64,000 bases of DNA from Paragordius varius (GCA_964247055.1 OZ176055.1:4774001-4838000); one strand, 5' to 3'; shown: positions 1-14,473, numbered from the stretch's first letter. Notes: generated by a model from the letters alone, not told the origin. Program-made: numbers and translations.

Positions 1-39
1 ATTTAGTATTTTTAAAGGACGATATAATAATGATGATAC

Positions 40-3000
40 CTAAATCATATAGTTTTAGATCGACATTGGATAAAGGAGCAGATATGCTTGATTTATATAA
101 AGGGGATGCCATGAGCCGTTTAGTGAGATGTCCTCGAGCGCCTTCAGCGAAAAGAGTCAGTTTTGCACGAATTTCCATTCCTCTTTCAAAAGAGGCTTTT
201 GGGGAACCATCTTGAGCGATTCCGACATCGTTTGTTGCAATGCCTCGGACATACCTCACTTCATTCAAGCGGTCATTGATATCGGAAATTCCGTCATCAT
301 TGTCATATAATATCTAAAACATTTGACTATTACAGGTTTCAATCAATTGCAACTTTTAATAATAAATATTTTATTATAGGGTTAAATAAAACTTATGTGA
401 TTAATTTAGACATTTCTGTACGACATCATGTTAAATTTTTTACATCTGTAAAGTGTTTGCATTTGGCGATAACAGGTAATTTATATATCGCGTAATATTA
501 TTTTCTTGATGCATAGGCGAGAGCTAAAATAAAAAAAAGCTTTATAACGCTGTGCGGTAAAAATCGCACTTTTGCGCCAGTGTAAAAGATTAATTGAATC
601 ATTATACATCAATTATTTAGATAATATTTACCAAATATACTGCGTTTAAATGATCTAAGTCCAATATAAAAAGGAAATTTTATTTTTGCACCTAAGCTAA
701 GTAGCGTATAATTTTTATAAGACATCCAATTACATATTATATATACTTTTTCTATACAATTGGATGCAACTTCTATAGATTCAGAATTTAGGGAGTTATG
801 CCCAAAAGCCGGAATTAATAGCTAAATATTGATGTAATGTTTTTTTTCCAGCTATATTGGAGGTTTTGTAAAATTTATACGCTACTTTTGCTTTGTTAAA
901 ATTATCTAAAAATTTCTTTTTATATAAAGTTTAATATTTCACAATATATTGGGTAAACTTTACTAGATAGTAAATATACATGATAATAATTACCCTTTAG
1001 AAGAAAAGGAAAAATAAAATGCTAAATTTATTGTTAACATTATACTCTATTGATATATCGATTAGCAATGTATTTGAAATACCAGGTATATTAAACATTA
1101 AAAATATCATAATTATGTTTTGATGGTAATAAAAATAGTGATTTCTTGGAAATATATCCAAAAGGAATACAGTATGCATGTTAATGGTTGCTTATATCAC
1201 ACTATAATTTAGCAATTCGGATCACACTAACTTATGGAAAAAAACAACAAAATATTGAATAAAATAAACAAGTTTAAAAAAGGAAAAAATTATTCATCAA
1301 TTTTTATTTTTTCTATGCACTACTGTGTTACAGACCCAACAATAGTGTGATATAAGCAACCATTAAAATGCATACTGTAATTTAATAAAATGCTTATAGA
1401 TCAGTGATCCTCACCTAAAATCTGGACGGCCGCATAAAATATCTTTTTTGGCTCAAGGGATACAACCCAGTACCAACAAATACTACACTTCGCAAATCAG
1501 TACATCGAGATTTTTTGCGGTTAATACACAAATATTTTATAATAAAATCCTCTAAAAAAGGACATATTTTGAAATAAATCAATATTTTTGACAAATCTGG
1601 TTAAAATAACAAACCAATCAGTTCTACCACCATCCTTTGCAATTATTTTAAATATTACTTGTAAACTGGAATCATTATGATCGATGAATTCAAATGCGTA
1701 TGATCAAAAGAGAATAAATTTAAATGAAAAAAGCAATTCTTCTAACAAATATTACCGAATCAAACAGAATTTTATGTACTAAAAAATTAACAAATAAACA
1801 TCGATCGCGCTCAAAATTCTAAAAACCAAAAAAACTTTTTCGGGACCATAAAAAAGTACTTTTAAATCGGAATGCGGTCCATGCCGCGGTTTAAGTATCT
1901 TTGCTCTACAATCTTTTAGTAAATCAAACGCTTTTAACACTAGAAAATACACTGATAAATTATAAAAATAATTTTTTGTATGATTCATGCCATTCTTTTT
2001 TCTTTATTTTGGAAGGTGTAGGTTTTTTACCAATGTTTAGACATAAATTACTGAAAGAACATATTCTTAAAAAGTATATCAAAAACAACTGTTTTACGTT
2101 ACTATTTCGGACAAAAAACTAATTACGCAACTTCAAGCCATTTATTAATGGTAATTTAATAAAATATAAATTTTAATCTAGCGTATTTTATAATCGATTC
2201 TATGTACATAATTTTCGCTTAGCCTGGCTACACCTAATCTACTTTGTCTAAATAGAAGACGAATCATAAATCAAATAAGAAAAATTAGACCTATAAATTC
2301 TCACAAAAAATAATCTATGAACCTGATTAGCAGCAAATCCCGTATATATTTCCACTCCCATTTCTTCAGCTTTTTGACCGAGCCATTTGACAAAATGTCC
2401 CAATCTCACAATATAATTTCCAACATTATAAATAGGCATCCCTGCACAGATAAAAATATTATAATGCATGAAAAAATTTTATACAATTAAAATAAATAGT
2501 AAGATTAAATAAATAGGTGAATATGTATATAATAAATATTAAGTTTTTTTAAGTGGTAGAAAATATATAATATCTTATTGTAAGCACCAAAAAATGATAG
2601 AATTTGCCCGAATTATAATAGAATAATATATGACATAAAATAATTTTGATATTTAAATACTATCGTTTTTGGCTTATTATCATGTATCCTGCGGTATCCA
2701 AAGAGAAATTAGGAATGTACTTCCAGATTTAATCATCCCATATATTACAATTACGCAAATATTTAAATTCTGTTTTATCACCTTGATGATCATTAGTTTT
2801 AACATTATAGGTTATATTGGTGAATCAATATATAACCAAAAAAATAGGTTTAAAAGCCAAACTAAATTTTCTACAAAAATAATTATATTTATTAATGATC
2901 GATGGTTACATAACCAATATGATAATGAAAAATTATAAAATGGATTAAAATAAATTTGAGAATTAAAATGTTATACACCTTTAAAAATAGGCAGTCTCAT

Positions 3001-3973
3001 TGAAGAATTCTCCATAAGATAATAAAATGATTCTTCAGTTACTGTGGTAAAATGTGGCATCTATGCAATATTTACATAATATATATACATATATTGTATA
3101 TACTTTTATATGAAAATATCAAATTAATATTTGGCAAAGCTTAGACATAATATTTTATTTTGTAATATTATGCTCTGTTATGCCACTAGTTAGCAAAAAA
3201 TAATGTTCAAGAGTGAAATTTATCACCAGGTGTAGCCATAAGTGTTTACTGTTTTTTGGCAAAAAACATGTAATCTTAAAATAAATCAATTATTAATTTT
3301 ATTTAAAACATTTTCCATCGGATACTATAAATTTGCACATTTCTCGGGTTAGCGATTATTTATTAGTTCCCTAGAATTTGTTTCTATTAGAGGTTAGAAG
3401 TATTCTATATATCCTTCAGATATTATTTTAAATAACGCTTGGTCCCTGAATTTATTAGTAATATAATAAATGGGCTACAAATTATATAATATATTAATCC
3501 TAAATTTATCTAAATTTTAGTCTAACCAAAATAGTACAGGGCTTTCGTTAAAATAGTGATTACAACTATTACATTAAATTTGCTAGATGGCAATAAATTG
3601 TCAAGTAAATAATTAGTAATATACTTGAAGAGTTTTCCATTCAGGTATTAATTCGTCCAAAGCTTTAGTTTCAATACAGGCTCCTGATAATGTATGGGCT
3701 CCAACATAAGGACCCTTTTCTATAAGGCATACCCGTAATTCACATCCATATTTATTTGCCATTTGTTTTAACCTAATCGCTGCCGATAATCCGGAAGGTC
3801 CGCCCCCAACAATAACCACGTCACATTCTTCGACATGTCTCTTCATATCAATACCTATAATTAAAACATGCATTACTCTTCCACCTCAAATCTTTTTCTC
3901 TTGGGAATCGCGAAAAGTGAGTCGTAACTGCAGTTCGCTTTATTACGGAAAGAGTTTTCCTAACTATAAGCAT
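40..3973 (-). CDS. ETFDH: Electron transfer flavoprotein-ubiquinone oxidoreductase, 5' part (gene continues beyond position 1)
   Basis: Exons (minus) 3973-3877, 3854-3625, 3060-2979, 2441-2323, 313-40, all GT-AG and phase-consistent. Translation [63 protein letters not shown] (FAD-binding GxGxxG) ...LSGACIE... [26 protein letters not shown] ...[40 protein letters not shown] matches the recalled ETF-QO sequence. The basic, Ser/Thr-rich N-terminus resembles a mitochondrial presequence. Confidence 0.95.
1402..1903. mobile_element. Old non-autonomous hAT (Buster-type) derivative in an ETFDH intron
   Basis: Left end CAGTGATCCTCACC resembles the left TIR of the 15022-17448 element (CAGTGGTACTCACC). 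Right end GCCGCGGTTTAAGTATCTTTG resembles its right end GCCGCGGTTTGAGTATCACTG. The flanking 8-mers ttatagat and ctctacaa are TA-centred but only 4/8 identical. Confidence 0.6.
3855..3876 (-). other. 22-nt spliceosomal intron (ETFDH)
   Basis: GTAATGCATGTTTTAATTATAG. Removing it gives RWK-S-IDMKR, colinear with recalled human RWEGVNMER. Read-through hits a TGA. Confidence 0.85.
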
Positions 3974-4033
3974 CCCTGCTGAATTAATGTTTGAACATAT
4001 TCCATATGATCAGTTATTTTCAGCACAAGATCA

Positions 4034-7000
4034 ATGAATAGTACAACTAATGTAGATAATCTAACAACGATTAATAGGATAGAAAATGACAAGATTCCCG
4101 ATGAACAAAAAACAATTAAAAATTCGATTTTGAATCTTAATGGAATGAATAAAGTCCTATCAAAACTCACAAACAAAAACACCGAAGAATTATTAAACCT
4201 TGATGATGAAGAAGATTCTGTTGATTTGTATTCTCATACCTCAGATATTAACAAAATAATAAACGGGACAAATGATATTTTGTTTTCCGAATATGTCAAA
4301 AATATTCCCAAGATACAAATGTACCGTGGTATTTTACTTCAAGGGTTTTTGATGCCAAAAAAACTTTTAAAGGGTTTGGAAAATTTGGAAATACGATCAG
4401 ACGACGTGGTTATTACATCTTATCCCAAATCGGGTAATTTTGTTATAATATTTACCAAATTATGATATAAAAATGCAATATCTATAATTAATCTCTATTC
4501 AATGTGTTATAGTTCATGGTCACCACCTAAAATTACAAAGGTTAAAACAGCTTTAGATATAAATAATTTTCTCTGTTATCTCATAAATTTCTGGTTAAAT
4601 AAAATAATGATATTATAGCAAATACCAGAAAATTTAAGTTTCATGATTGACTCTTTTAATTTCTACAAGATATTTTTGGAAGCAGATGGTTTAAACCCTT
4701 AAAAAGGCTAAAAACCACGCCCCCAACAGTGCTTTTTTATGGCCGCTATATTTTTTTAATTATTGATTTTGAGTAAAAATATCTGGTTTGTTATAAAGCT
4801 ATAAATTCTTCGTCCTTTTGGGAAACCGCTTTCAAATCTTGATCAAGCTTTAAAGCCACCATATCAAAAAAATAATTTATGACTTTGTTCCATGTTAAAA
4901 TATTTAATAAATAATTTTGCGAATCTTTACCATCTCGAAATCTAATGTCCGGTTGTATTTTACAAAGGAACGATTTGTATTATTGTGAGTTCCAAATATA
5001 TGCTTATATTCCATTTTTAGCCTAAATATATCAATAACAATCAAAAAGGTATAAAAATTTCCACCAAAGAAATCAATTGTATATTACATTTTTGCTTGTA
5101 TTTTTTTGCTATTTCCTCATACGTAGGTGTACCTCTTATCCATTTTTTTAATTAAACTGCAATTTTGACATGTTTCTCAAAGGTTAAATAAATTTATAGC
5201 AATAGCAAAAAATTATTATGCTTAAGTGTGTTTACATCTATATGTAAGATTAATAGTATTTTTTGGAAAACAATTTTTTGCGTTCCGGCTTCTAAATTTG
5301 CTCTAGAAATTATATCTCCCTTTATAATATTTAATTTTTTATTAATTTATTACTTCTGTTGAAGGGGATTCATTGTTATAACTAAAGAAAAAAATTGGAT
5401 ACAAAAATTCGTTACAGGATTAGTTCTAAATGCGCGTGAAATGAGCTGTTAATGTTGGTTTGATTGCTTTGTTCAAATTGCCGATCCAACGCATATATCG
5501 CGTTTTCTGGAAGCCTATACTTTTCGTATCATGAGCTGTTTTTTAAAGTTTTGGCTTCGGTGATATGGCCAAAGAAGGAAAGTTTCGTTTTAAGGCACGA
5601 GCCGAACAGGGATATTTCCGGTTTGATTTTGTCAATAATACTTTTAATCTCTTCATTTTATCTAGAGCATCCTTTTCCAACACCGCATTTTGAGATAATT
5701 TATATATCTTTTGTGCTAAATTTTTTATAAAATTTAGCTTCTGCTTATTACAGGGTAGGATAGGCTTTTAACCAATATCAAATTGAATCGGTCAATTTTA
5801 TTCACTAAGCAATATTGACAAATATACTAGATATAAAATACTAATTTGAGAATAAGTAAATAGAGGACTAGATTTATGTTTGTGTGGTTTTTGATCAATT
5901 TTAAAATCTGGTATATAAAAATGTCTTAATTTGTAACAAAAGAATAAAAATTGATAAGCTCTTTATAAAAAAATTTGGATAAAAGCAGGTACCAAATTTG
6001 TTAAATTGAGATTATTTTTTCAGTGATTACTGTAATATTAACTTTATTGATATAAAAATAATATTATATGGACATACGTTTGAAAGACCGTAACATCTGT
6101 TTTGACGTTCACGGTCATGAAAGCATTTTTGACCCGTTGCAAAACAGTGAATGGGTTATCAGCATAACAAAGTTATAAGTTATTAAAATTTAATAATAAT
6201 ATTATATAAAAGCGATCCCTATCAAGCCCTTAAACGCGCTATATACTTTTTCTCTTTTAACCAAAATTTAGGCACGGTTTTTATTTAATTTGCAATTTCT
6301 GATCACTAATTCGCTAAATTTAAATTGCTCCAATATAAAATGAAATGTTGTTTATTTTTAATGAAAATTTTGGCAAAAGGCGAAAATTTAAAATTATTCA
6401 TAATTGTTAAAATTTATGATTACACTTATTTAATTATGTTTAGGCACAACATGGACTCAGGAAATTGTATCCCTACTGTACAATGATGGAAATGTTGAAA
6501 AAATTGCCAATAAAAATTTAATAGATAGAGTTATTCATTTGGAAGTTGGGCGACCGTTATTTCCGCTTACATTTCTGAATAACCTAAAAAGCCCTCGATT
6601 ACTTGCAACTCATTTTGCTTATCATCTCTTACCGTCTCAGATCAGAAACCGCAAATGCAAAGTTTATCAATTTTCCATATTTATTTTTTAAAACCATTAG
6701 TATATTATTTTTAGGGTTTTAACAACATAATTGTTTTTATATTAGAATTGTAGAATTAAATGATTTATAAATTACAATTAATTACATGAAAGCGACGAAA
6801 AATAAATTTTTATCACTAATCAATTAATAATTTGGTGCAGAATTTTAATTAAAAACTTAATGACGGTTTTAATTCAAAATTACACTTCAAAATTATAACT
6901 AACAACCTTTTATTTTACAAGTAAATTTAATCAAAATTTTAGCTAAAGCATAAACTCAAAATTATATGTTAAATAAAGTTTTAAATAAAATGGGGTTTTT

Positions 7001-8968
7001 AATTGTGAACACAAATAACTGTTTTATAGGTAATTTATATTGCCCGAAACCCTAAAGATAATGCAGTCTCATATTACCATCATCATAAAACTGCTTCTTT
7101 TTTGGGACATTACAAAGGGACCTGGGATGATTTCTACCATTTGTTTATCAATGATAAATGTAAGTTTCAATATTTATTGAGTGATAAATCATTAGCTCAC
7201 TTCAATTTAATATAAGTAATTGCTGAAACTTATATTATAAAATATAAAATTTTGTCATATTAGTGATTTATGGTTCATGGTTCGATCATGTCATTAAATA
7301 TTGGGAAGTTTCCTTAAATTATCCGGAAAATATTCTTTTTTTAAAATACGAGGATATGAAACAGGTAATAATTTACCTTAAAATTAATTATTTATTTTTG
7401 AACTTAAATTTAAAATTATAACTTATACATTTAAAGGATTTGAATCGTGAAATCAAGAAAATTGCAGCATTTTTACATATCGACATTTCACCAACTCAAC
7501 TCGAAAAAATAGCTCAACACTGCTCTTTTGACAAAATGAAAAGTAATCACATGGTTAATCGTGAGGTCCTTCCCATTCAGATATTTGACTTCTCAAAAAC
7601 GAAATTTATGCGAAAAGGTTTTATTATTAAATAAATCTTTGTTCCCGGTTCCTTGATTTTTAGCGTTATTCTATTTTAATTTTCCGTTTTATTAGCTTGT
7701 CGGGATTGACTTGGTCTTATTTTATTACGCGTTTTTCGATTTTTAAAAATTCTTATAATATTGAATAATTTTTGTCCGTACAATTAAACTCATATTAATT
7801 TTAAACCAAGTTTTTCATATTTTTTTATATTGGCATTCAAATATATAAGCTCTAAGAATTTGTACAAAAAGCTTATTTAATTTTTCAAAAAGCCGGTTTG
7901 CCCAATTAATACATATTAAATTTGTGATAAAAATTAATTTTGCTTGCAAAGCGTTTAAGTTACATCTTAACCAAGGGATAATTTATAATTAAACATTTGC
8001 ATAAAGAACAATTTCTATGCACAGTTAGATTAAATTAAAATCTAACATATCATAAATTTGGTTCATTACCTTGTTTTCAAACTCGCAACCTCAAATTTTT
8101 GATATCAGATTAAAAACTTTCTATAGGAGAATTATTTTTATATTTTATTGACCTGGGCATATTGTATCAAATATAGCTTAAATGAAAATTACCCGAAAAT
8201 ATTCTTTTCTATACTAAATTTTTAAAGCTATATGTTTTGTTATCTTCATATACATGATATTATAATTGTTTTATGGTAACAATTATAAAATTTAACAATT
8301 ATCGCGTGATCTATTGTCATACTTTAAAGCTCTGCTAAAAAAATAAACCTTGATAAAATTTCGTTTGTAAATAAATTTAGCGGGCACGTTTTCTTTTATA
8401 TTTGTTATACGATAATGTGCAAATGGTTTTAATTTTGACTGATATCAAAATCTGTCAAGAATGTTTTCCTAATATAAAACAGCGTCTATCATCGATCTTT
8501 TATTGAAGCTTTCCTATGATAGATACAACATATTACATTTATATTTTGTGGGCTTCAGGTTATATGTTGATCAATATTTACCAATTTGCATTTTTGCTAT
8601 AATGAAAAAATGGACTATTTGTTTTCAAAATTAATATTTTCAGATGGTAAAAGTTTTTTACCATCAATTTGGTTTATAAAAAGCACCGCTTAACGATTAG
8701 ATCGGTGCATCGCGATTTGACCAGTTTGGAATTTACTAGTCTACTTGTTGCGATATGTTTCTCCTTATTTAGTTTTTTATTTGCTTAATTTACAACTTAT
8801 TGTTTTTTATAATATTCAATATGTATAAAATATATTTTAGGAATTGTGGGAGATTGGAAAAATTATTTTAGTCCACAACAAAATGAACAATTCGAACGAG
8901 TCTATGTAGATCGTATGAAGGATGTTAAAGGTGGTCTTACATTTGATTATAATTCGAAAACGTTATAA
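4034..8968 (+). CDS. Cytosolic PAPS-dependent sulfotransferase (SULT1-like), about 385 aa with an N-terminal extension
   Basis: Exons 4034-4433, 6444-6661, 7030-7159, 7264-7364, 7437-7617, 8841-8968, GT-AG and phase-consistent (1158 nt). Motifs: TSYPKSGTTW (5'-PSB), PRLLATH, IARNPKDNAVSYY (3'-PB), YGSWFDHV, LKYEDMK, FMRKGIVGDWKNYF. The start codon could be a downstream ATG. Confidence 0.93.
5440..5720 (-). mobile_element. 3' fragment of a BovB-like RTE LINE in sulfotransferase intron 1
   Basis: The minus strand reads KMRCWKRML*IK...IDKIKPEISLFGSCLKTKLSFFGHI, which matches the RTE/BovB C-terminal pattern (WCWRRML...PE.SL...LKL.YFGH). It contains stops, and the boundaries are approximate. Confidence 0.65.
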
Positions 8969-11070
8969 TCTTCATATATTAATCTTTTTATATAATTTAT
9001 GAAAGATAGTTAAAATGAGAATATTGTATGTCCGTATTTTTTTGAGTGCATGGTATTAAAATGAAATTATTCTTTATATTATTCACATTTTTTATTATGA
9101 TGCTACGACTATAAAGCATTATGTATACTTTCAAGTATTCCATTGATCAAGTGCAAATAAGATTTGTGCAAATAATTATTGGCAATTTATTACTATGTAC
9201 TGTCCTCACATAATAGGTATCATGCATCCTTTTTTAATTCATTACTATTCCGCAACACCCAAATGTTATATATAAATATATAATCATTGTTGAAATAAAA
9301 CATCAAATATTGATTGTGTTTCTTAGTATAACATTGGAAAAGGAACCTGTGAATTAAATTATGTAGATTACATTTTTAGTTGATTATTATGAGATTATTT
9401 TCAGAGCGCTGTAAAACGTTTTAACATTATTAGAGAATATTTGCAAAGAATTTTGATGTAATCAATACATATATAATTTTAATTATATCTATAAAACCAA
9501 ATTAACTCTTAGCTTTTGAAATTCAAACAGGAAAAATATCTGATTGAACGGAATCAATTTGGTTCTGGTTCCGTTGCTTTTAAACCCGTCTTTTTCTTTT
9601 TTAATTGCTCTCCAATTAAATTATAATTCTGCAACTTATTATTCCGTATTGGGACCGCGACAAAGATCTTTGCTTATTTTTTAGCAAAATATTGCGCTAT
9701 AAATACCAAAAAGTTCGATCATTTTCAAATCTTTCTTAAAAGAGAGATGTTAAATTTAGCCTGTAATTCTATAATTTATAAATGAATATATTTTTGTTAA
9801 TTTATGGGATATAAACTTTATTATAGATTTGACCTTATTATGCCTGACAGTGCCTAATTATGAAATAAAAGTTTAAAATTTTTTATTACAAAAAGATTTT
9901 TTCATAAAATTCTTAGCTATATTATAAATCCGAATATATTCTACTTATTTATATGATATACACGAGTATATAACTCAGAATCTCTTACGCGAGAATAAGG
10001 TATTACGGTGATTAAAAAATTGATTTATCAAAACGGTCCTTATTGTTAATTATTTTTAAAATTTGATTAATTGAATAATTTGGGATCTTATAAAAATTGT
10101 GAGGAGATTTTGAATATGTGGAATTTTACCCTATGGCGATTTCAAATATGAAAAAATAGTAATTTTGATATTGGGCCAAATTTAAAAATATATATTATAG
10201 GCGCCTTATACCAAAAATATTTTTAAAAAACCCTTATCTCAAACTTTTATAGCCAAAATTATATTAATTTTTTTGGAGGCTTAAAAGTGACAAATTTGAA
10301 TGCGTTTAGGATGTCTGTCTAAGGTTGAGTTCAACTTGTGGTAAAATACTATACTTGTCCAAATCATCACGGTACCATTTGTTTTAGTTCCAAGATATTT
10401 GCTTATTATTTGAGAACTTTTTATGGCACCTTTTCTAGGCATTATCGCTAGCATTATATTTTTAACGAAGCATTTGGGCCTAGCTATATGACTTTCGTTA
10501 AGTGGTGGCGTATTATCTTAAAAATATTATTGTTGTCAATCTTATCATTCCAATATCTTTTTCCAGTACCATAGCAAAAGTTTTAATAAGTTTATTAAAC
10601 TTGATTAATTTTTATATTGCTTTTTTGAAAGCAAACTTTTATAATTATAAACGCTTAATTATTGTTTGGGGCAGTTTTGTAACCAGCTATTTAAAATTCC
10701 AATACCTTAAAAAGTATTTAAGATAATGCGTCACATTTTAATATATGCGTTCTACCGTATGATTAATTACCCTAAGAAAGTCTTTAAATTTTAATTTAGT
10801 AGCAAGTATATATTTTGATCTTTTAAATCAGCCGTATTTAATCAGGTTTGATGAGCTTTAGCATTTAGAAAACTGTAAACAATATAGGCTTTTCATCTAA
10901 TATAGAAGAAAAATGTTTAATAATTATGCTCTAATCACAAGAACTTTCAAAACAATTGTTTATTTGCGAGATTAAGCTCTGGGGTACAAACTTTTCCAAA
11001 AGGTAAATTAAGTGTTATTTTGAATTGCCTGTTTGATATAAGTGGATTTGAATGCTAACGGCTATTAGAA

Positions 11071-11342
11071 CAGGGATGTCAAACAAAATGTTTACGGGCC
11101 GTATTTTTGGCTCCAAAAATTCGGCGCGCCGTTTAAATATATATGGGTATTAATATATAATTTATTCGATTTCAAACATAAAACCGCTAAATGCCAATAT
11201 TACAATTTTTTTCCTTTTGCGAAAAGGGTGACTTTTAGTAAAAAAAAATTCAAAGATTTTGTGAGCATATTTTTGCAAATTATATCAAATTTTTCGCGGG
11301 CTGCACATAAAGTCTAGGAAATCCGCATGTTGAACACACATG
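11071..11342. mobile_element. hAT MITE
   Basis: Imperfect TIRs CAGGGATGTCAAAC / GTTGAACACACATG. 8-bp TSD tattagaa / ttttagaa (7/8, TA-centred). Confidence 0.7.
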
Positions 11343-12213
11343 TTTTAGAATATAGAACTTAAAAATTTTAAAAATAATGTTAATGATATTTTGGTCAAAA
11401 TACTTATATATTTTTAGGTTTCGAGAATTTAATAATCCCTAAAAGTATACAAAAATGTACATGTATATTCAATTAAAATTTTTTTCGAATAATATACATG
11501 ATCTGTTATTGGGTATTTATTTACCCTAAGACAAAATATTTGAAAGTTTCTATGACATTGGGCTGTATTCTATGGCATTATATACAAATTCTGATGCTTT
11601 TTCTCTGTCACATTATATTTTTTATAGGACATTATTTTTTACCTTTTTTGTGATTATTTACAATTTTAAATTTTATTTATACAAACATGCCCTTTTAAAT
11701 AATTTATTTTATTGAATGTAATATATTTTTAATGGATATAAAGTTGACCCAATAAAACGCGTTTAATAAAGTTGGTTAAGAAAAAAGTTATTTGCCTATT
11801 AATAGCCCATAATTCCAATTTTTTAGTTTAACTTTCACGCCAAAAGTTCTCGTGTTATCATCTATAATTATTTTTTTACCTAATGTGTGACCAAAAGCAC
11901 CATGATTCTGATACATTTTACTTTTTGTCTCATACACAGAGGGTCTAAAAAATAATATATTTAACACAATTTCATAGCGTTGTTAGGATTTTGCTTTTAC
12001 ATTTTTGGGACAATTTATTAGACGTTTAGAACAAGCTTTTAATATCCGGAAAAAATAAGACAAGGCAGTAAACGCCAAAATTCGAAATGCGTTAAACATT
12101 GGATTTTTAGTAATTTGAATATTTTTATAAAACATACGATTAAATTTTATAATAATATTAGTTATTTACGATTAGTTTTAATTGAATAATTACGCATTCA
12201 TTCTTATGACACC

Positions 12214-12864
12214 TAGGGTTGTGCTGACCAAGTCATGAATTAATTTTTTGACCATAGTTATTTAAAAAAAAACTGTTTTTTCTAAAAATTGCTAGTAAAT
12301 TTTTTTGAAAGAGAGGTAGTAAGATTTTATTGTTTTATATATTTAAAAAATTAAATATTGAAATATAGTAAATAATCGATATTTAAATATGCTTATTTGA
12401 CAATATATATATATTGTTAAACATGCATCCTTAAAACATTAGCATTTAAGCATAACCAGTTATTACGAACAAAACAATCTATCCTTGTGCAAAATGCAAT
12501 TACATATATGTGGACCAATAAAATGAAAAAACATTTTATATTTGGATATTAATTCATTGCTGAAAAAAAGTGTAAAACAAACTCGGTAAAACATTTTTTT
12601 ATGAAATATCCAGTAGTAAAAGCTATGTATTTCAAGATTTAGAAGACCACAAACATGTAGTTGAATTCATTTGAAAAGAAAATTCTTGATTGATTGCATG
12701 TATTTGTAAATAATAAATAAAAATGTTTAATTTAAACTTTTAAGAAAAAACATGACATTATTTGTGAAACGTAAGTTTTAGCATTATTTTTACAATACTT
12801 AAGTAACAAGTGGTCATGATTATGGTCTGACTGGGTCTGACAAGCAGTGAAATGCACAACCCTA
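12214..12864. mobile_element. hAT MITE with TAGGG termini
   Basis: TIR TAGGGTTGTGC / GCACAACCCTA and a perfect 8-bp TSD atgacacc (12206-12213, 12865-12872). Confidence 0.85.
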
Positions 12865-14425
12865 ATGACACCTCCAAAAAAATCATTTGTATGGATTATA
12901 AACAGTTTTTTATTGAAAAAAATATATATGAAATTTATTTATGTTGGTGTATAATTACAGCAACGCTCATGGTATAGCTAATATATTTAAACATTTTTAG
13001 AATCTATAATTTATTTATTAACTCAACAATCATATTTAAATTGATTGTAGAAAATTTTACACATTTACTTTTAAAATTAATTAGAAAATGAAGCGTAAAT
13101 CTTCTTTTGATTAAATAAAAACTAACTCAAAAAACAAAAATTATCTCAAAAAGCATCCGAAACAAAAATAAATTGATAAAACGTAAATCCGAATAAAACA
13201 CAATTAAAACGGATATACAACCAGCGAAACCCCTACAAAAAAATGAGCTAAAAAACGGAAAAATTAGGATTAACAAAATTGCTAAGAAGACGAATAAATT
13301 TAATGCATAAACCTAGAGAATCGTTAAAAAATAAAACCAATATTTCGCCAAAGGTAAAAAACGAAAATAAAAACTCAAAAACGGACATTATCCGCAAAAA
13401 CAAACAGTCCATACATAAAGCTTGTCACTCTGGTAATAAAACGTCCAAAAGGAATAAGAAAGTAAAGCAATAAACTTGCAAGAGCTGGGAAAAGGGTCAT
13501 AATCTGCCAGACATAATGGAATCTGCTTGGCCCCTATATTTTCTACCCATGTACACTATAATATATTTTTAACGAAAGTGTTTGGTATTTAAATTTTTTA
13601 TAATGTCTGTACTTAATAAGTAAAAATCTGAATATTTGCATACAATTTAATTCAAAACAACTTTTTGAAATATGACTAACTTTATATTTATCTAATATTT
13701 TTATTTGACATTTATGTTAAACTTTGTGTAGATTTCCAATCCCTATCAACAATCGAATTATTAAATCATATTATCACAATATTTATTATAATGTATTTTA
13801 TGCTTGTCCTTACATCCGCTTATAATTAAAAAACAATGAGCGATTAAATCCTTTACTTTCGTGAAGGCCTAATGAAATCAATACAGCTGTACACTATTGT
13901 CCTTTTATATTTCATTAATTAACAATTTTCTAAATCAATATGTACTCAATATATCTCTTAGCCAAATATCAAAAATAAAATATTTACGGACAACAAAATT
14001 AAGTAAGTAAATTACTTTATTTTTTATAAAAAAGAGTTTATGAAAATCTGGTATATGAAGCTAACATCAATGTTAACTACTTTAAAAAAATGCATTCTTA
14101 TTACCCAAGTGAGCAAGATTCATTTCCAAAAAACACTCTGTAAGCATAAACAACCAGCAATCAAGTTGAAAATTGAATATTGGAAAAATAAATGTCATCT
14201 TAATGATGTTTAGTTAAATTATAATTGCATTAAATAAAGGAACATCTAATATTGTATTTTTATGGAAATTAAAAAGGCAATTAATTCCACAATTCTCTTA
14301 TTTTAACGCCAAACATTGCTCACCACTCATTTAGACATAAAGCTTCCCTTACATGAATAGTCGTAAACGAACGTAGTATTAAAGCGTCAAGAGACATAAT
14401 TCCTTCCTGATTAGTTCTTCAGATA

Positions 14426-14473
<48 letters not shown>

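Noticed and set aside
9310-9460. Possible small exons (YNIGKGTCELNY / SAVKRFNIIREYLQRILM) downstream of the sulfotransferase
   Set aside because: No start exon fits between 8968 and 9310 and no homology was recognised. This is probably chance.
10300-10560. Tc1/mariner transposase remnant (GTVMIW-like on the minus strand)
   Set aside because: Motif spacing is not colinear with Tc1/Tc3, there are multiple stops, and no TIRs were found.
13100-13500. Lys-rich ORF 13279-13473 as a histone H1-like or other gene
   Set aside because: An A-rich low-complexity tract with stops in the adjoining frames, no recognisable motif and no splice partners.
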